A stretch of 64,000 bases of DNA from Eledone cirrhosa (Eukaryota), in the NCBI GenBank assembly GCA_964016885.1, contig OZ024754.1:2728001-2792000 (forward strand), in the 5' to 3' direction. Under the pieces are notes generated by a model, which was given only the letters and a program-made list of their open reading frames with translations, had not been told where the DNA came from and searched no databases. Positions 58,300 to 64,000 of the stretch are shown here, piece by piece; position 1 is the first letter of the stretch, and each line of letters begins with the position of its first letter. The position numbers and the translations under genes were made by a program.

Positions 58300-58659
58300 A
58301 GGAGGTTATAGTTCACTTGAAGCATTGTGTAATGAGGTATAAACGTTAGAATATGTGTAATAAGGCCAAAACAATGCAGGTATGGACATAGAAAAAAGAA
58401 TGCAATAGTAAAAGATATTGTTGAGAATTTGTCTTTCACCTTGAATTTATTTAAATGTCCTTAATTTTCGAGATAATATCTCTTCTTCGGAGGGAAGTAA
58501 AGGTCTCCGAAGAAGAGATATTATCTCGAAAATTAAGGACATTTAAATAAATTCAAGGTGAAAGACAAATTCTCAACAATATCTTTTACTATTGCATTCT
58601 TTTTTCTATGTCCATACCTACATTGTTTTGGCCTTATTACACATATTCAAACGTTTATA
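58278..58659. mobile_element. Cassette family K: about 155-bp inverted repeat with a U4C hammerhead motif in each arm
   Basis: Arms 58338-58492 and 58505-58659 (2 mismatches seen). CCGAAGA-A-GAGAU AUU AUCUC-GAAA-AU-UA-AGGAC occurs at 58503-58540 (+) and 58457-58493 (-), followed by AAUAAA. Confidence 0.75.
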
Positions 58660-58679
58660 TATATATATATATATATATA

Positions 58680-58837
58680 TAACGAAGGAGTTGTGGTAAG
58701 GAACCAGATGGACCATAACACACCAGAGAACTCAATACTTAGGGTAGTAAAGTGGGTAATAGGAACGAGTAGGACCCCGACGGCAGAATTAGCCGTCAAA
58801 ACGGCTTGAGCTCAGCCGTCGGGGTCCTACTCGTTCC

Positions 58838-58838
<1 letters not shown>
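58680..58838. mobile_element. Cassette family B with terminal inversion
   Basis: Tail in minus orientation plus hairpin 58760-58838. Confidence 0.75.
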
Positions 58839-58869
<31 letters not shown>

Positions 58870-59645
58870 CCTACATACATATCAAGTTACCTATCTGTTA
58901 ACCCTCCCTCTCTTTTCTATTCTCCTCCTCTTCCTCCCACTCCTTCTTTAACCCTATATAAGCCACCCACCCACCCCATGTTTCCCTCACTTCTCACCTA
59001 TCAATCCCCAGAAAACAACAAACTGTCATTCTATCACAGTCAACTCAACATTCACAGTTGCCAATACGTCTAACCTCTACCCTACACCGCACTCTACACT
59101 CCACTCGACACCACACCTACACCCCACTCTACACTCCACTCGACACCACACCTACACCCCCACTCTACACTCCACTCGACCATTATTCAGCCCTTCATGC
59201 TAACGGGGATGATGATGATGGTGACGATGATAATTATGATGGTGATGATGGTGATTATGGTGGTTGTGATGGTGATGATGGTGAAGATGGTGATGTTGGT
59301 GATTATGATGATGGTGATGGTGATGGTGATGATGGTGATGGTGGTGATGATGGAGATTCTGGTGGTTGTGATAGTGATGATGGTGAAGATGGTGATGTTG
59401 GTGATGATGGTGATTATGGTGGTTGTGATGGTGATGATGGTGAAGATGGTGATGTTGGTGATTATGATGATGGTGATGGTGGTGATGATGGAGATTCTGG
59501 TGGTTGTGATAGTGATGATCATCATCATCATCCTCATCACGACCAATATAATCACTTTCCTGACAATTGTACATTATTCTATGTACTATACATGCACCTT
59601 TGATGAGTTGTAGTGCACCTGAGCACTGTACACAATAAATTTTAT

Positions 59646-59753
59646 TTCAAATCCCGCCGAGGTTAAATTTGCCTTTCATCCTTACGGGGTCGATAAAATA
59701 AAGTACCAGTAATGTACTGGGGTAATTGCTGGCCTTGTGCCAAAAGTAGAAAC
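59646..59753 (+). mobile_element. SINE family 1, 5'-truncated
   Basis: B-box remnant, core and tail. Confidence 0.85.
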
Positions 59754-59807
59754 AATTATTATTATGTCGTGGTGTGGTGGTGAGGTAGTGTAAGGGCTTT
59801 GAGATAA

Positions 59808-62460
59808 TGGTAACAGTGTAAATGTGTGGGGTGGGGTAGCAGTGTAAAGGTGTGGGGTGTGGTAACAGTGTAAAGGTGTGGGGTGGGGTAGCAGTGTAAA
59901 GGTGTGGGGTGTGGTAGCAGTGTAAATGTGTGGGGTGGGGTAGCAGTGTAAAGGTGTGGGGTGTGGTAGCAGTGTAAATGTGTGGGGTGGGGTAGCAGTG
60001 TAAAGGTCTGGGGTGGGGTAGCAGTGTAAAGGTGTGGGGTGTGGTAGCAGTGTAAATGTGTGGGGTGGGGTAGCAGTGTAAAGGTCTGGGGTGGGGTAGC
60101 AGTGTAAAGGTGTGGGGTGTGGTAGCAGTGTAAAGGTGTGGGGTGGGGTAGCAGTGTAAAGGTGTGGGGTGGGTAGCAGTGTAAAGGTGTGGGGTGGGGT
60201 AGCAGTGTAAAGGTGTGGGGTGGGGTAGCAGTGTAAAGGTGTGGGGTGGGGTAGCAGTGTAAAGGTGTGGGGTGTGGTAGCAGTGTAAATGTGTGGGGTG
60301 GGGTAGCAGTGTAAAGGTGTGGGGTGTGGTAGCAGTGTAAAGGTGTGGGGTGTGGTAGCAGTGTAAATGTGTGGGGTGGGGTAGCAGTGTAAAGGTCTGG
60401 GGTGGGGTAGCAGTGTAAAGGTGTGGGGTGTGGTAGCAGTGTAAATGTGTGGGGTGGGGTAGCAGTGTAAAGGTCTGGGGTGGGGTAGCAGTGTAAAGGT
60501 GTGGGGTGTGGTAGCAGTGTAAAGGTGTGGGGTGTGGTAGCAGTGTAAATGTGTGGGGTGGGGTAGCAGTGTAAAGGTGTGGGGTGTGGTAGCAGTGTAA
60601 AGGTGTGGGGTGGGGTAGCAGTGTAAAGGTCTGGGGTGGGGTAGCAGTGTAAAGGTGTGGGGTGTGGTAGCAGTGTAAAGGTGTGGGGTGTGGTAGCAGT
60701 GTAAATGTGTGGGGTGGGGTAGCAGTGTAAAGGTGTGGGGTGTGGTAGCAGTGTAAAGGTGTGGGGTGTGGTAGCAGTGTAAATGTGTGGGGTGGGGTAG
60801 CAGTGTAAAGGTCTGGGGTGGGGTAGCAGTGTAAAGGTGTGGGGTGTGGTAGCAGTGTAAAGGTGTGGGGTGTGGTAGCAGTGTAAATGTGTGGGGTGGG
60901 GTAGCAGTGTAAAGGTGTGGGGTGTGGTAGCAGTGTAAAGGTGTGGGGTGTGGTAGCAGTGTAAATGTGTGGGGTGGGGTAGCAGTGTAAAGGTCTGGGG
61001 TGGGGTAGCAGTGTAAAGGTGTGGGGTGTGGTAGCAGTGTAAATGTGTGGGGTGGGGTAGCAGTGTAAAGGTGTGGGGTGTGGTAGCAGTGTAAATGTGT
61101 GGGGTGGGGTAGCAGTGTAAAGGTCTGGGGTGGGGTAGCAGTGTAAAGGTGTGGGGTGTGGTAGCAGTGTAAAGGTGTGGGGTGTGGTAGCAGTGTAAAT
61201 GTGTGGGGTGGGGTAGCAGTGTAAAGGTGTGGGGTGTGGTAGCAGTGTAAAGGTGTGGGGTGTGGTAGCAGTGTAAATGTGTGGGGTGGGGTAGCAGTGT
61301 AAAGGTCTGGGGTGGGGTAGCAGTGTAAAGGTGTGGGGTGTGGTAGCAGTGTAAATGTGTGGGGTGGGGTAGCAGTGTAAAGGTCTGGGGTGGGGTAGCA
61401 GTGTAAAGGTGTGGGGTGTGGTAGCAGTGTAAAGGTGTGGGGTGGGGTAGCAGTGTAAAGGTGTGGGGTGGGTAGCAGTGTAAAGGTGTGGGGTGGGGTA
61501 GCAGTGTAAAGGTGTGGGGTGGGGTAGCAGTGTAAAGGTGTGGGGTGTGGTAGCAGTGTAAAGGTGTGGGGTGTGGTAGCAGTGTAAATGTGTGGGGTGG
61601 GGTAGCAGTGTAAAGGTGTGGGGTGGGGTAGCAGTGTAAAGGTGTGGGGTGTGGTAGCAGTGTAAATGTGTGGGGTGGGGTAGCAGTGTAAAGGTGTGGG
61701 GTGTGGTAGCAGTGTAAATGTGTGGGGTGGGGTAGCAGTGTAAAGGTCTGGGGTGGGGTAGCAGTGTAAAGGTGTGGGGTGTGGTAGCAGTGTAAAGGTG
61801 TGGGGTGGGGTAGCAGTGTAAAGGTGTGGGGTGGGTAGCAGTGTAAAGGTGTGGGGTGTGGTAGCAGTGTAAAGGTGTGGGGTGGGTAGCAGTGTAAAGG
61901 TGCGGGGTGTGGTAGCGGTGTAAAGGTGTGGGGTGGGGTAGCAGTGTAAAGGTGTGGGGTGGGGTAGCAGTGTAAAGGTGTGGGGTGTGGTAGCAGTGTA
62001 AAGGTGTGGGTGTGGTAGCAGTGTAAAGGTGTGGGGTGGGGTAGCAGTGTAAAGGTGTGGGTGGGGTAGCAGTGTAAAGGTGTGGGGTGTGGTAGCAGTG
62101 TAAAGGTGTGGGGTGGGGTAGCAGTGTAAAGGTGTGGGGCGGGGTAGCAGTGTAAAGGTGTGGGGTGGGGTAGCAGTGTAAATGTGTGAGGTGGGGTAGC
62201 AGTGTAAAGGTGTGGGGTGTGGTAGCAGTGTAAAGGTGTGGGGTGGGGTAGCAGTGTAAAGGTGTGGGGTGTGGTAGCAGTGTAAAGGTGTGGGGTGGGG
62301 TAGCAGTGTAAAGATGTGGGGTGGGGTAGCAGTGTAAAGGTGTGGGGTGGAGTAGCAGTGCAAAGGTGAGGGGTGGGGTAGCAGTGTAAAGGTCTGGGGT
62401 GGAGTAGCAGTGTAAAGGTGGGCAGTGTGGTAGCAGTGTAAAGATGTGGGGTGGGGTATC
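59808..62460. repeat. 26-bp G-rich minisatellite (GTAGCAGTGTAAAGGTGTGGGGTGGG), about 100 copies
   Basis: Direct periodicity; explains the 893-aa ORF. Confidence 0.95.
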
Positions 62461-62572
62461 AGTCTATAGGCACGGAGCGGGGGAATGTAACGGCCTGTCT
62501 AATAATACAATGATCTATTATTTAAATGTTCACGGCAACAGTTTTGTCACTTCTTAAATTACAGGACTCCTG

Positions 62573-62656
<84 letters not shown>

Positions 62657-62706
62657 ATATAGCATGTCTATACGAGTCAAGGTGTATCTCTCTCTATATA
62701 TATACA

Positions 62707-62788
62707 TACAGGGTGTCCCCAAAAATTGTATACACACCTCAACAGCATTCTAATATATATTGCCTGTACAGGTAATCAAAGTGTGTAT
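62707..62788. mobile_element. Tc1/mariner-type MITE, one end lost
   Basis: Reverse orientation of 45426-45529, abutting a family A cassette. Confidence 0.75.
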
Positions 62789-62792
62789 GAAT

Positions 62793-62957
62793 CCACAGTA
62801 AGTAAGGTACTAAATACATTGGTAGAATGAAAACATCATGTTTAATATAGAAATGGCTTCTACAGGACTAGGACTGTTTCACCAGGAAACCTTTCCGAAT
62901 GATTTCGTTTGAATGAAACAGTTCTAGTCCTGTAGAAGCGATTTCTATATTAAACAT
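62793..62957. mobile_element. Hammerhead cassette family A, diverged, with hairpin
   Basis: Arms from 62838 to 62957. At 62891-62938 (+): CUUU-CCGAAUGA-UUUC GUUU GAAU-GAAA-CAG UUCUAGUC CUG-UA-GAAG, a damaged core. Confidence 0.75.
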
Positions 62958-62958
62958 T

Positions 62959-62994
<36 letters not shown>

Positions 62995-63173
62995 CAGTTA
63001 GTCAGTTCTTAGATATGCCAGCTCTGTGTTTATAGTGTTGATGGGACATATATATATATATATATATATATGTATCTATGTAAAAGGTAAAAGGTAAACA
63101 GAAATAACAACGCAATCGGTACAGTATATGAAAGGGATATATTAGGTTAACGATTGAAAAAGCAGGAAAAGAG

Positions 63174-63209
63174 TCTTAACATTTCGAACGCTAGTCCTTC
63201 ATCAGAAAA
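63174..63209 (-). ncRNA. Minimal hammerhead motif, family H (cassette 63090-63250)
   Basis: UUUU-CUGAUGA-A-GGAC UAGC GUUC-GAAA-UG-UU-AAGA; the substitutions relative to 16490 preserve pairing as G-U. Confidence 0.75.
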
Positions 63210-63795
63210 GAGAATGAGAAATAAGTTCGATTGAAGGGACGGTCGGGGTGAAATATATATATATACATACATATATCCACCTATATATATATAAATATAT
63301 ATATACATACATATATACATATAGATACGGAAATAGAAGTGGATAGATAGTTGATTTATAACTCCTGAGAATGTCACGACAAAGAGGTTAGCATTCTGCA
63401 AGAAATGTAAAATAAAACACTTTACAAACATTACTTTGATAAACTTCAGTAGGAAACATTCTAGGCACGCCGCCGCCTCTGTCGTATTGGGTTTCTCTGT
63501 ACAATAACGTTTGACTCGGGGAAGGTAAACAGTTTGAACTTTTGAATATAATATTTCCAAACCAGGTGGTTCTTTTAGATTTCGATAGGGTCTCGGCCAC
63601 AGTCGGATGTAATCTAACTGAGGTAATCTTCAGACACACACCCACATACATACACACACACAGATACATACACACATACACAGACACACAGATACAGACA
63701 CACACAGAGATACAGACACACAGATACAGACACACACAGAGATACATACACACATACACAGACACACAGATACATACACACAGACACACACACAC

Positions 63796-63879
<84 letters not shown>

Positions 63880-64000
63880 TATATATATAATATATACATA
63901 TATATAATATATATATACATATATATATATATAATATATACATATATATATATAATATATATATACATATATATATATATAATATATATATACATATATA

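Noticed and set aside
59058-59613. Asp/Gly-rich ORF resembling an acidic matrix protein
   Set aside because: Degenerate (GAT/GGT)n repeat open in several frames; no signal peptide or convincing splice context.
59682-62363. 893-aa His/Pro/Thr ORF
   Set aside because: 26-bp minisatellite with no stop on the minus strand; it ends in a SINE.

Overview
AT-rich, microsatellite-saturated animal genomic DNA. The SINE and LINE sequences look octopod-cephalopod; that is my recognition, not a database result. Nearly all ORFs in the track are simple-repeat artefacts. Recognisable coding remnants are an RTE-clade LINE reverse transcriptase (5676-6555, minus), an L1/Tx1-clade RT fragment (40512-40878, minus), and short RTE and CRE-like C-terminal fragments. 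Also present are two tRNA-derived SINE families, Tc1/mariner-type MITEs, and 14-bp and 26-bp minisatellite arrays. The main hidden signal is in the short non-repetitive islands between (TA)n tracts. Many are 100-400 bp cassettes carrying type I hammerhead ribozyme motifs (CUGANGA...GAAA...UH, with paired stems I and II and a short, often palindromic stem III). I count about 12 motifs with canonical core boxes plus several variant or truncated ones, from more than 10 unrelated sequence families, often with an inverted 5' segment forming a hairpin. This architecture fits Penelope-like element pseudo-LTR remnants or non-autonomous retrozyme-like elements targeting (TA)n. Also noted: a repeated foldback element made of two convergent tRNA-like Pol III units, and a speculative chain of small minus-strand exons.
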